Made by a program: the position numbers and the translations under genes. DNA of 64,000 bases, from positions 4,340,001 to 4,404,000 of the forward strand of contig NC_086104.1 in assembly GCF_963921235.1 (NCBI RefSeq), in the 5' to 3' direction. This DNA is from Mobula hypostoma (taxonomy: Eukaryota). Below, one piece after another: positions 26,090 to 38,569 of this stretch. The notes under the pieces are model-generated. The model worked only from the letters and a program-made list of their open reading frames with translations, searched no databases and was not told where the DNA came from. How positions within the stretch are numbered: the first letter of the stretch is position 1; each line of letters starts with the position of its first letter.

Positions 26090-28050
26090 GAAGATAGAGG
26101 ACTGGGCATTTTTTAAAAAACCTACTTAGAGCAACTGAAAAAAATCATAAGGGAAAGATGAAATATAACAGCAAACTAGCAAAAAATATCAAAGTGGATA
26201 GTAAAAGTTTTGTCAAGTATGTTGAAGATAAAAGGGAAATGAGAGTAAATAGAGGACGGCTAGAAAATGAGGCAGGCGAAATAATAACGTGGGACAAGGA
26301 GATGGCTGATGAACAAAATGAGTATTTTGTGTCAGTCTTCACTGAGGAAGACACTAGCAGTATGCCTGATGTTGTAGTGTGTGAAGGAAGAGAAGTGGGC
26401 CCAGTTACTGTTACAAGAGAGAAGGTGCTCAAAAAGCTGAATGAGCTAAAGGTACATAAGTCAGCTGGTCCAGAGGAACTGTACCCTAGGGTTCTGAAAG
26501 AGGTAGCGTTAGAAATTGTGGCGGCATTAGAAATGATCTTTCAAAAATCATTGGATTCTGGCATGGTGCCAGAGGACTGGAAAATTACAAATGTTACTCC
26601 ACTCTTTAAGAAAGGAGGAAGGCAGCAGAAAGGAAATTATAGATCAGTTAGCCTTACCTCAGTGATTGGGAGGATGTTAGAGTCAATTGTAAAGGATGAG
26701 GAGATGGAGTACTTGGTGACATAGGAGAAGATAGGACAAAGTCAGCATGATTTCCTTAAGGGAAAATCCTGCCTGACAAACCTGTTGGAATTCTTTAAGG
26801 AAATTATACGAAGGATAGATAAAGGGGCTCAGTGGATGTTATATATTTGGACTTTCAGAAGGCCTCTGACAAGATGCCATACATGAGGCTGCTTACCAAA
26901 TTAAGAGCCATGGTATTACAGGAAAGTTACTAACATGGTTAGAGCATTGGTTGATTGGTAGGAGGCAGCGAGTGGGAATAAAAGGATCCTTTTCTGGTTG
27001 GCTGACAGTGACTAGTGGTGTTCCGCAGGGGTCGGTGTTGGGACTAATTCTTTTTATGCTGTATATACAGTAAATTATTCAGATGATGGAATAGATGGCG
27101 GTGTTGCCAAGTTTTCAAATGATATGAATATTGGTGGAGGGGCAGGTAGAGTTAAGGGTACAGACGGGGTGCAGAAGGAGTTAGACAGATTAGGAGAATG
27201 GGCAAGAAAGTGACAAATGAAATACAATGTTGGAAAATGCATGGTCATGCACTTTGGTAGTAGAAGTAAGTGTGCCGACTATTTTATAAATGGGGAGAAA
27301 ATCCAGGAATCTGAGATGTAGGGGGACTTGGGAGTCCTTGTACAATACATCCTGAAGGTTATTTTGCAGGCTGAGTCAGTGGTGAGGAAGGCAAATGCCA
27401 TGTTAGCATTCATTTCAAGAGGTCTAGAATACAAGAAAAACGATGTGATGCTGAGGTTTTATAAGGCACTGGTGAGGTCTCACCTTGAGTATTGTGAACA
27501 ATTTTGGGCCCTTCATCTTAGAAAAGATGTGCTGGCATTGGAGAGGTTCCAGAGGAGGTTCACAAAGATGATTGCAGTCATGAAAGGGTTATCATATGAG
27601 GAACATTTGATGGCTTTGGGTCTGTACTCACTGGAATTCAGTAGGATGACGGGAGATCTTATTGAAACCTTTCATATGTTGAAAGGCCTAGACAGAGTAG
27701 ATCTGGAAGAGATGTTTCCCATGGTGGGAGAGTCTAGGACAAGAATGCATAGCCTTAGGTTAGAGGGGCACCCTTTCAAAAGAGAGATGCAGAAAAAATT
27801 CTTTAGTCAAAGAGTGGTGAATATTTGGAATTTGTTGCCACATGCAGTTGCGGAGGCTAGGTCCTTGTGTATATTTAAGGCAGAGATTGATAGGTTCTTG
27901 ATTGGACATGGTATCAAAGGTTACGGGGAGAAGGCAAGGAACTGGGGTTGAGGAGGTGATTTTAAAAAAAGGATCAGCTATGATCGAATGGCAGAGCATA
28001 CCCAATGAGCCAGACGGCCTCATTCTGCTCCTATGTCTTATGGTCTTATT
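26090..28050 (+). mobile_element. CR1 ORF2 3' 2 kb, decayed
   Basis: ORFs 26158-26724 and 27328-27951; tail 'cttatggtctta'. Confidence 0.88.
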
Positions 28051-30230
28051 GAATGAAGCCGGAGGTCAAAGAGTACAGCAGGTCGTGCATTCACTGCATG
28101 CGGAGGAAGACGTTGCCTACGAGGGCTGCTCCATTGTCCCATTTGCAAAGTGCGGGGCCCCTTGACCTGGTGTGTATGGATTTCCTGTCAATAGAGTCAG
28201 ATGCCAGCCACATGGCGAATATCCTGTTCATTACGGATCACTACACCAGATATGAGCAAGCTTTCCCTGCAAAGGATCATAGGGCATCCACGGTGGCCAA
28301 AGTGTTATGGGAGAAGGGCCTCCCCAGGCAGGTACATAGTGATCGGGGACGGGATTTTTAGAGCAGGCTCATACATGAGCTATTAAGCATAGTTGGATTT
28401 GAGAAGTCTAGGACTACTCTGTATCATCCGCCAGGTGAGCCCCAGCCCGAGACGTTTAATCAGACCTTGCTAGACATACCAGGAACCTTGGAAATCTGCA
28501 AGAATAACAAGTGGAGTCGACATATTGGACAACTGGTCCACTGCTACAACTGTACCCGAAATGAAGCGACTGGGTACTCACCATATTATTTGATATTTGG
28601 GCACAAGACGATGTTGCCTTTATTTCGGGACTGGTGAGGGAGACCTACCATCGAGGACTTCTCTGAACTATGTGTCTGATATGAGAAGGGAGCTGAAAAA
28701 GGCTTATGAAGTAGCTGAGTTCGCAGATGCCAAACAGAATCAAGGAAACAAGAGGAGGTATGATCAAAAGGTTAGGTTCTCCCAACTCATGCTGGGAGAC
28801 CGAGTCCTCATAAGGAATTTCGGGCTACCTGGGAAGCATAAATTGGCTGACCACTGGGCTGCTATGCCCTATGTCAGATTCCCAACGTACCAGTTTTCTG
28901 GGTAAAACCACAGGATGGGAATGCGTCTGTCAAGATTCTCCATCAGAACCACCTTCAGCCCCTGGAACAAGAGGTGCAGGCTGATCCAGAGCCCAACCTG
29001 GAGCCTACACCTAGTAAGAGCACTCTGCGGTTACACAGGGACTGAAGGACCAACAGCAGGAGATACTAGACTGTCCCTCGCCCCTGAATGGGATACGGAC
29101 TCGAAGGATGAGGAAATGGGGGTGTGGTATATGCTGCATTGTGCTAACTCCCGACTGATTGAGGAAGAGATTCCCAACCCTTCTCACACTGAGTCTGATG
29201 AAATCGGAGGGACTACCTGTGGACAGACTAGGTTTCAGGGGAAGGGGATGAAGCAGGGCTCAGCCAAGGGACAGAGGGAACCAAGTTGCAGGAGGGCACG
29301 TGTGATAGACTGGGAGAGGTCTCGCCAGATAGACCAGTAGTATCCCATGGAGGGTCAGAACCTAAAGTAGATGACGGGGTACGGAGGTCTCAAAGAATCA
29401 GGAGACCCCCCCAGATAGTCTGGCCTATGGAGCACTGGGGAACAGAGTGCTACGGCTATCCCCCAGTGAGATATGTCACTACCCTTTAGAAATTGGATTG
29501 GAAGTGCTGACATCACAAAAATCCTTTGAAAGCGGTGGTGTTAATAATGAGATGACAAATTATTTCAAAGTCATTGGGACATGACTATTTTGTAGGGAGA
29601 GAGTGTAATGCCCTGGTTCATATTTTTTCTCTGTTATGCTGTTCTGTTCTGTGTATGCTGCTTGTTTGGTTACTGTTGAAGATAAGAGATAGGAGAATTG
29701 TATCCCATCCAATGAGGATGGCCAGATTTAGGGGAGGTTTCTCTGGTGAGGGACGCTAAGGTTGGGCTTGGGGCTTTACTGGGGGAGAAGAGAGAAGGTG
29801 CAAGAGAGAAGAGATCGTAGGAGTCGACCCAGAGTGGGGCCGTGTTTCGACGATGCCCGGGGAGAGATCGATTGAGGATCGGTGACTTGGGGAAATGGTG
29901 AGCTCCAACTTGTGCATATTAGACTGTTCCATTAAAATGGACCCTTTTCTTTTTTGTTTTTTTCCTTTACTAACCCTTTAGTTAAATTAGGAATTGTAAA
30001 GCTAAATCTTTTAATTGTATGTGGTGTACTGTCTGTTATTTTGTGGCACTGATTTATAACCGGGGAACGAATCATGCAGCATCCACACAAATGGGGATTT
30101 TGGGGCTCGGACTTTCATCTCCCACGTTTGGCAGGTCCGGAGATTGTCAGTCCCTAGACTTATGCAGCTGACAGAACCACAGTGTTTCACAGCCTTACCA
30201 TGAGGAGCCCTACGGTCTGGAGGGGAAACA
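28051..30230 (+). mobile_element. Gypsy copy 2: integrase, PPT and 3' LTR
   Basis: CIHCMRRK, LDLVCMDFL, VHSDRGRDF (ORF 28053-28361); PPT AGGGAGAGAG 29594-29603; LTR starts TGTAATGCCCTGG at 29604; homologous to 20450-22500; LTR 3' end approximate. Confidence 0.85.
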
Positions 30231-30394
30231 GTGTACTTGGCTTGTTTCTCACGTTTGAATCTAATAATAGTGTATGGACATAAGGAGTGAGTTTCCGTGA
30301 CAGACATGTAAATGTGGATGAAAACATTCAGCTACTCTGCAGTTTGTTACTACTTTTTCAGCACTTTCCACAGGACTGCCCACTCTCCCCCATC

Positions 30395-30446
30395 ACTTCC
30401 TCTTCACACCCTGTGCCTTTGAGCTGAAATAAGCATGTGAGGAAGT
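30395..30446 (+). promoter_or_regulatory. Putative promoter with two opposed PU.1/ETS boxes upstream of the leader exon
   Basis: ACTTCCTC 30395-30402 (GAGGAAGT on minus) and GAGGAAGT 30439-30446, ~90-140 bp 5' of ATG 30538 in non-repetitive sequence; no Ig octamer seen. Confidence 0.45.
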
Positions 30447-30537
30447 TGAAGGGGAATCAGTCGTTTATGAAATAGTAATGAGGAACATCGGGTCTGAATG
30501 AGCAAAAATTCAGTTTTTAAAAAACAAGTGAGAAGAA

Positions 30538-30586
30538 ATGTTTGCAGCGATAATCACAACCTTGACTCTGTCCGTCTGTGCAGTGG
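30538..30586 (+). CDS. Exon 1 (signal peptide MFAAIITTLTLSVCAV-G) of a non-rearranging Ig V-V receptor-like gene
   Basis: ATG with A at -3, 16 hydrophobic codons + 1 nt, perfect donor G|GTAAGT; phase 1 matches the acceptor at 49812; size typical of Ig/TCR leader exons. Confidence 0.75.
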
Positions 30587-30980
30587 GTAAGTAAATTCCC
30601 AGAGTGGGGTCACCCAGTCTGAGATTGGTTTCATCTGCCTTTGAGTTTAATTGACCATTTGTGGGCCGTGGTACTGTGTACGGTTTTGGTCCTGTTATAG
30701 GAAGGATGTCATTAAATAAGAAAGAGAGCAGAAACGATCCACCAGGATGTTGTCTGGACTTGGAGGTCTGTGTCACAAGGAGAGATTGGGCGTTGTACTT
30801 CCCTCAATCGCAGGACTCTGCAGAGAGTGGTGCAGACAGCCCAACTCATCTGTAGATGTGAACTTCCCACGATTCAGGACATTTAGAAAGACAAGTGTGT
30901 AAAAAGGGCCCGAAGGATCATTGGGGACCCAAGTCATCACAACTACAATCTGTTCCAGCTGCTACCTTCCAGGAAATGGT

Positions 30981-33135
30981 TATCATCATCATTGTCATCA
31001 GGTGCCGTGTCCAGTTTGAGCTTTGACTGCCATGGCCCACACACTCCTGTTTCGGGTCAAGTGGATCAATTCATTAGTGTTCATTTCCAGTTCTCTGGCT
31101 GCTGTCTCCATCATCATTTGTCTTTCAGCTCTTGTCATCAAAATTCTTAGAAGTATCTTGGTGATATGACTCATTAAATTTATGGTCCTATGTAATTCAT
31201 ATTCTATTGCTCCAGGTTTCTTAGGAAGAGTGATAAATACTGATTTTTTCATTTATTCTGGTATTATACCAGTCTCATAAATGTCATTGATTAAATCAGT
31301 AAGTTTTTCAATTCCATAATCTTCAAGGGTGATAATTTGTTCTATTACTAATTCCTCCAGACTTGCTGCCTTTCCTTTCTTCATCTTATTTATTGCAATA
31401 CGAATTTCAGATTTTAAAATACTTGGACCTTCAATGTTCTTCTTAATTTCTGGCTTTTCACCTCAATCGTCTTCAAACCATTCCTGAATATACTCAGTCC
31501 ATCTGTTCATAATTTCATCTTTTTCCATGATAATGGTACCGTCCTTTGCTTTCAAACATCCACCTGAAGAACAGAGGAGCTTTTTACCAGTGATATTCTT
31601 GATTTGTTGATGTAACCTTTTTGGATCAGTAATAAAGATTCTTTCTATTTGCTCACATTCCTGGTTTAACCATTCTTCTTTGGCTTTTTGACATAAGCTT
31701 TCAACTTCTTTATCTAAGGACTTATATTCTATCGGATTTGCTTTCTTCCATCTCCTTTCTTCCATTAGATTTTTGATTTCATCTGTCATCCATTTATTCT
31801 TTGTGCTTTTTCCTTTTTTAGGAATCACTGACTTTGCTGATTCTACCAAAGCATCCTTTAGAGAGTTAAATTTCATTTCTACATGATTGCTATCATCTTC
31901 AACAGATTCTATTTCTAGACTTTGAAATCTATTCCTTACTTCAATTTTAAATTTTTGTCTTAAGTTTCCTTCTTTAATTAATTGCAAGTAGGCAAGGGAT
32001 TGTTCAGGTTTTTGCTTCTTCAGTTTTTAAAGTTTTACTTTTACATGACATACTGCTGGGTTATGGTCACCATTACAGTCTGCACCTGGATATGTTTTGC
32101 ATTGAGTCACTGAGTTTCTAAATCTTTGGTTTATAGTAATAAAGTCAATTTGATTTCTAGTGTTATCACCTGGACTTTTCCAGGTCCACAAGCATCTTGG
32201 ATGGTTTTTAAAGTAGGTATTCATAATGAGCTGTTTATTCATCTTGCACCATTCTACCCATTTCTCACCTCTTTCATTTCTTTTCCCTAGTCCAAATTTT
32301 CCTCTGGTATTTCCATTAGCACGTTGTCCTACTTTAGCATTTAGATCTCCCATGCCAATAACAATATCTTGAAATTTGCATCCATTCTTTGCTTGTTCAA
32401 GCTCTTCATTGAATTTATCTATATCTTCATTTGTTCCATCTGATGCTGGTGCATATACCTGTATAATTGCTAAATCAAATGGTTGTCCTCTGAATCTAAC
32501 AAGGAGCACTCTTTCTGATATTGCCCAATGTCCTAAAACACTTTTTGGCATGTTTTCATCCATAAGAATTCCTAGTCCATTAGTATGGGATGTTCCACAA
32601 GAATAAATTAGTGTTTTATTTCTATTCTGACATGTTCCAGCACCTATCCAATGAACTTTGCTAATTCCCATGATGTTCATCTTTGGTCTTTCCATTTCAT
32701 TTATCACATTATTCAATTTTCCTGCTTTATATAGCGTTCTTACATTCCAAGTGGCAATAATTTTCTTTTGTGCTACTTCAATTTCATGAGCAGTAGCTTG
32801 ATGACAGTCAGGAATCCCCTGCTGACCAGAATCAACTCTACTGACCGAAGCATCTTCAAAATTTTCTTGAACACTCTCTTGACACTGTTGTTGTGGGATA
32901 CATTTTGTGAGTTTGACCATGGTTTTCTTGGCTAATAGATTCTAGGAAACCTAGTATCTAGCAACAGTGGTTTGCTATTGCCTACCATTGGGCGAACTAA
33001 AGAAATCGCCATTTCTCTTCCCAAATGTTCATCTGCCTGTACTATAGCCGTTGACATTTGAGGTCCGAGCTCATCCGCCTTCTCCGTCATAAGTTCAGTT
33101 ACTGAACCTGGCGGATCTGCCATTGGCCTTCGCTC
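30981..33135 (-). mobile_element. Internally deleted RTE LINE (5' UTR, EN and RT start joined to the 3' tail)
   Basis: ORF 32027-32920 (IATWNVRTLY, IIQVYAP, MGDLNAKVG, RNQIDFI), ORF 31463-31987, ORF 30998-31252 jumping from RTINLMSHITKILLRILM to the terminal residues; (TGA/TCA)n tail at 30981. Confidence 0.88.
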
Positions 33136-33145
33136 AGATCAATGG

Positions 33146-33590
33146 ACAATAGACAATAGGTGCAGGAGTAGGCCATTCAGCCCTTCAAGCCAGCAGCACC
33201 ATTTACTGTGATCATGGCTGATCATCCACAATCAGTACCCCGTTCCTGCTCTCTCCCCATATCCCTTCATTCCACTAACTTTAAGAGCTTTATCTAACTC
33301 TTTCTTGAAAGAATCCAGAGAATTGGCCTCCACTGCCTTCTGAGACAGAGCATTCCACAGAACCACAACCCTCTGTGTGAAAAAGTTTTTCCTCAACTCC
33401 ATTCTAAATTGTCTACCCCTTATTCTTAAACTGTGGCCTCTGGTTCTGGACTCCTTAAAAATACGGGGAACGTTTCCTGACTCCAGCGTGTCCAATCCCT
33501 TAATAATCTTACATGTTTCAATCAGATCCCCTCTCATCCTTCTAAATTCCACTGTATACAACCCCAGTCGCTCCAATCTTTCAACATATC
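33146..33590 (-). mobile_element. CR1 3' end
   Basis: ORF 33232-33576; tail 'gacaatagacaataggtgcaggagtaggcc'. Confidence 0.85.
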
Positions 33591-33999
33591 CTGAGCAGGA
33601 GCCCTTGCAGGTGCTACCGTTCCAGGTCAGAGCGGCCCTGGGAGCAGTGAATGACTAAGGGGTAACTCCACTTTCCCCAAAGCTCTGAAAATCCCCAATC
33701 AGAGCCTCATCACTGGTTGCAGTTTAGAGTCATACCCAGGACCACAGGAAATGGTACCACAGCATAATAGCCAGGACTAACTGGCTCTGGGACAGCTTTA
33801 TCAGGCCATCAGACTGATAAATTCACACTGATACAATTGTATTTCTATGTTATATTGACCATCCTGTTGTACATACTATTTATTACAGATTACTATAAAT
33901 TGCACATTGCACATTTAGAAAGACGTAATGTAAAGATTTTTACTTCTCATGTATATGAAGGATGTAAGTAATAAAGCCAATTCAATTCAATTCAGATTG

Positions 34000-35875
34000 C
34001 ATATACTTGGAACTTCCGTCTTAAATATCCCCACGGACTTGGACTCCACCGCAGTCTGTGGTAGATTCACACTACCCTCTGGCTAAAAAATTCCTCCTTA
34101 TCTGTTCTAAAAGATCATCACTCAATTTTGAGGTTGTGCCCTCTAGCTCTGGATATCCCCACCAAAGGAAACATCATCTCAACATCCACCCAATCTAGTC
34201 CTTTCAAGATTCAGTAGGTTTCAATGAGATCCCCATGTGTTCTTCTAAATTCCAGTGAGTACAGACCCAAAGCTGCCAAACGCTCGTCATATCTTAACCC
34301 TATAATTCTCGATATCATTCTCGTGAACCTCTTCTGGACTCTCGTCAATGGCAACATATCCTTTCTGAGATGTGGTGTCCAAAACTGTTGACAATACTCC
34401 AACTTTGGCCTGACTAGTGTCTTATAAAGGCTCAACATTATCTCCTTACTTTTATATTCTATGCCCCTTGAAATAAATGCCAACATTGCATTTGTCTTCT
34501 TTAACACAGACTCAACCTGTAAATTAAACTTCTGGGAGTCTTGCATGAGGACTCCTAAGACCCTCTGCACCTCTGATGTTTGAACCTTCTCCCCATTTAG
34601 ATCAGGTGTCCCCAGCCTCTTTTGCACTGCGAACTGGTTTAACATTGACAATATTTTTGCGCACTGGCTGACCCAGTGGGGGGGGTGGGTTGCCAACGGA
34701 CAAGAGTAGCAGTCAAATATGTTGTGTTTACCCCGAGAAAGACTACAATGATCATGAAGCCTTGCGCGGGCACCTGTGTACGCATGCGCAACTGGCGCAT
34801 GCGTGTACCTGCCGATTTTTTTCTAAAAATCGGTTTTGGCGATTCTGTTCGGGGGGGAGCTGTTAATCACGAATGGAATCTAGGTGATAAGTGGCTAATA
34901 CAATCAATTTTGTTTCTAAAAGGGCTTACCCAACGAATTTAATGTTAAACACAGCACATATTTTCCACGCATGAATATAGTGATAAGTCAATTATCAGGG
35001 GAGGACAGGGGAGCTTGAAGTAAGTATTGAATGAACTTCGAGCAGAAGTGGTAAAGGCAGGTTCGATATTATCAGTTAAAGAAAAATTGGATAGGTATAT
35101 GGACAGGAAAGGAATGGAGGGTTATGGGCTGAGTGCAGGTTGGTGGGACTAGGTGAGAGTAGCTTTCGGGACGGACTAGCAGGGCAGAGATGGCCCTTTT
35201 CCATGCTGTAATTGCTATATGGTTATATAAATCACTTATAATCAATAGCATCATAACATCTTAAGTAACGATTGGATATTAAACACACAGCACATATTTT
35301 CCCCGTATGAACATATAAAATCATTGCAACACACCAATATCGCTGAATCAGTGGGAGCCCTGGGCTTGTTTCCCTGCAACGAGACGGTCCTATCGAAGGG
35401 TGATGGGAGACAGCGATACTCGAACAGGGTTCCTTATGTCCAGTCTATTCCGCAATTTAGTTTTCATTGCATTCATTGCAGAAAACTCCGCTTCACAGAA
35501 AAATGTTGGAAGTGGAAGCAACGTTTTCAGTGCTTTCGTGGCTACCTCACGATATTTAGCCTTGACTTTGATCCAGAATTCCGGCAGAGATATTATGTCA
35601 AACATACTTTTCAGCCCGCCGTCATTTGCAAGCTCGAGGAGTTGATCTCCTTCCCGCGCTGACATTGATGACGCGCGGGTAATGACCTTGCATGCGTTCA
35701 AGTTCAACAGTGGCTGTGACAGGGAATGAGGAAAGGTGCAACTGACTCATATCGCCAAATCATATCATTTCCTCGTGGCCCGGTAGCACATGCTTTGCGG
35801 CCCGGTGGTTGGGGACCGCTGATTTAGATAATTCTGCACTATTGCTCTTTTTACCAAAATGCATTGTTATACTGA
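34000..35875 (-). mobile_element. CR1 RT fragment split by the hAT insertion
   Basis: ORF 34211-34696; CR1 resumes after the TSD ('atttagataattctgcactattgc'). Confidence 0.8.
34603..35821 (-). mobile_element. Non-autonomous hAT-Charlie/Buster DNA transposon with TIRs and perfect 8-bp TSD
   Basis: TIRs CAGGTGTCCCCAGCC (34603-34617) and GGTTGGGGACCGCTG (35807-35821); TSD ATTTAGAT 34595-34602 and 35822-35829; transposase dimerisation-domain remnant 35390-35707 (LPEFWIKVK...CEAEFSAMNAMKTKLRNRL). Confidence 0.92.
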
Positions 35876-35879
35876 CAAA

Positions 35880-37990
35880 AGACAATAGACAATAGGTGCA
35901 GGAGTAGGCCACTTGGCCCTTTAAGCCAGCACCGCCATTCACTGTGATCATGGCTAATCATCCACTATCAGTATCCAGTTCCTGCCTTATCCCCATAACC
36001 TTTGATTCCGCTATATTCCACCTGCCCCACTGTATTCCATCTGCTCCTTATTTGCTCATCCTTCCAACTTGTCTAAGTCCTGCTGCAATTGCATTGTTTC
36101 CTCAGCATTACCTACCCCTCCACCTATCTTTGTATCATCTGAAAACTTTTCCACACAGCCATCAATTCCACCATCCAAATTATAGACAAATAATGTGAAA
36201 ATTAGCGGTCCCAATACTGACCCCTAAGGAACACCACTAGACACTGGCAGCCAACTAGAAAAGGCCCATTTTATTCCCACTCACTGCCTCCTGCCTGTCA
36301 GCCATTCCACTATCCATGCCAGTAGTAATGCCACAGGATTTTATCTTGTTTAGTAACCTCATGTGTGGCACCTTATCGAATGCCTTCTGAAAATCCAAGT
36401 AAATGACATCAACTGCTTCTCCTTTGTCCACCCTGCTTGTTACTTCCTCAAAAATCTCTAACAGATTTGTCCGGCAAGATCTCTTTTCACAGAAACCATG
36501 CCGGCTTTGACTTGTTTCTTCATTAGTCTACAAGTACACCAGAACCTTGATAGAAGACCTCATAATGGACTCCAACAATTTCTTAACCACTGAAGTTAGG
36601 CTAATTGGCCTAAAAATTCCTTTCTTTTGCCTTCCTCCCTTCTTAAAGAGTGGAGAGGTATTTGCAATCTTCCAGTCTGCAGGACCATACATCCATTACC
36701 TCTTCAGCAACCTGTTTCAGGACTCTGACATGTAGTCCATCTGGTCCAGATGGCTTATCCACCTTAAGAGCTTTGAGTTTGCCTACCACTTTTTCCTTTG
36801 TAATAGCAATGGCACTCACTCCTGCTCCCTGACAGTCACAGACTTCTGGCACAATGGTAGTGTCTCCTACATTGAATTATCCAACTTCCCACTCACTTTT
36901 GCCACTTATATGCTCTCTCCTTGGCTTTTATGCAGTCCTTAACTTCCCTTGCCAGTCATGGTTGCCTATCCCTGCCATTTGTGAACAACTTCTTCTGAGG
37001 AACATAGCTATCCTGCACCTTGTGAACTGTCCCCAGAAACTTCAGCCATCTCTGTTCTGCCGTCGTCCCTGGCAGTATCCTCCTCCAATCCACCTGGGCA
37101 AGCTCCTCTCTCAAGTCTCTGTAATTCTATTTAATTCCATTGTGATACTGATACATGTGACTTATGCTTCTCCCTCTTAAACTGCAGTATGAGTTCACTC
37201 ATATTAAGATCACCTCCTCCTAAGCATTTCTTTACATTAAGCTCCCTAATAGTATATGGGTTATTACACAACTTCCAATCTAAGATTGCCTTTCCCCGAG
37301 TAGGATCAACCACAAGATGCACTAAAAAGCCATCTCGTCAGCATTCAACAAATTCCCTCTCCTGAGATACGACCCCAGCCTGATTTTCTCAATCTACTTG
37401 CATATTGAAGTCCCCCATTGCAGTTGTGTCATTACTCTTATTATGTGCCTTTTCCAGCGCCCTTTGCAATATCACCCCCACATCTTGGCTACTATTTGGA
37501 GGCCTATATATTATTCCTGTACTGGTTTTAACATCCTTGCGGTTTCTTAACTCCACACTCAAAGATGCAACATTTTTTATGCAATGTCACCTGTTTCTAA
37601 ATATGTATTCCATCTCTTACCGACAGAGTCACACCACCATCTGCCTGTCGTTTTGATACAAAGTATATCCTTTGATGTTAAGCTCCCAACTAATGGCCTT
37701 CTTTCAGCCACAACTCAGCCCAGAATGCCACACCGACCAATCTCTAATTGTGCCACGAGTTCATTCACTGTATTCCAAATGCTATGCTCATTTAAATACA
37801 GCACCTTCGGTCCTGCATTCTTTGCCCTTTTGAATTTTGCCTCTGTGTGACATCTTAATTCTTTGTTCTTTCTGCATCTGTACCCAATCATTGGCTTGTC
37901 CTTCCTTACATTCCTGTTACACCCGTCATCTACTTGTAAACCTGCTGGCTCATCCTCAGCTCTACCATACTGATTCCCATCCCCCTGCCA
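35880..37990 (-). mobile_element. Decayed CR1 (EN to 3' end)
   Basis: ORFs 36643-36852 and 37131-37322; tail 'gacaatagacaataggtgc'. Confidence 0.8.
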
Positions 37991-38569
37991 TGTTAGTTTA
38001 AACCACTCCCAAAAATTCTAGCAAATCTGCCTGGGAGAATATTATTGTTTCTGTTTGTAGTTACTGTTTGCATGACGTTTTGTTTCTTTGCACATTGGGT
38101 GTTCAATGGTCTTTTTTATTTCTTATTTTATTCCTTTAACCTTAATGGACATGATGTAGTTTTTTTATTCTCTGCATGTTGTCTTTTTTCATATATATTG
38201 GGTTGGTTTTGAGTATCTTTGTTTTGTGGTTGCCTGTTAGGAGATGAATCTCAACGTTATATAATGCATACATACTTTGATAATTAAATATACTTTGAAA
38301 TTTTGAAACATTAGCAACGTGAAGCAATCTAGATAAGTACATGAACAGCAGAGGGTTCGCAGTCTATGGGCCAAATGCATGCTGGGCAACACAGTCTGAG
38401 TGAACAAGTTGAGCCAAAGGTCTTGTTTCTGTACTGAACGATTTAATGAGTCACATGAATCTGAATTTGTGGTTTAAAAACTCTGAACTGTTGGGATTTT
38501 CTTGGTTCACACTGAGTTCAGACACTGAAGTATAATCTTCTACAATTCCTATTCAGCATGATAAACAAA

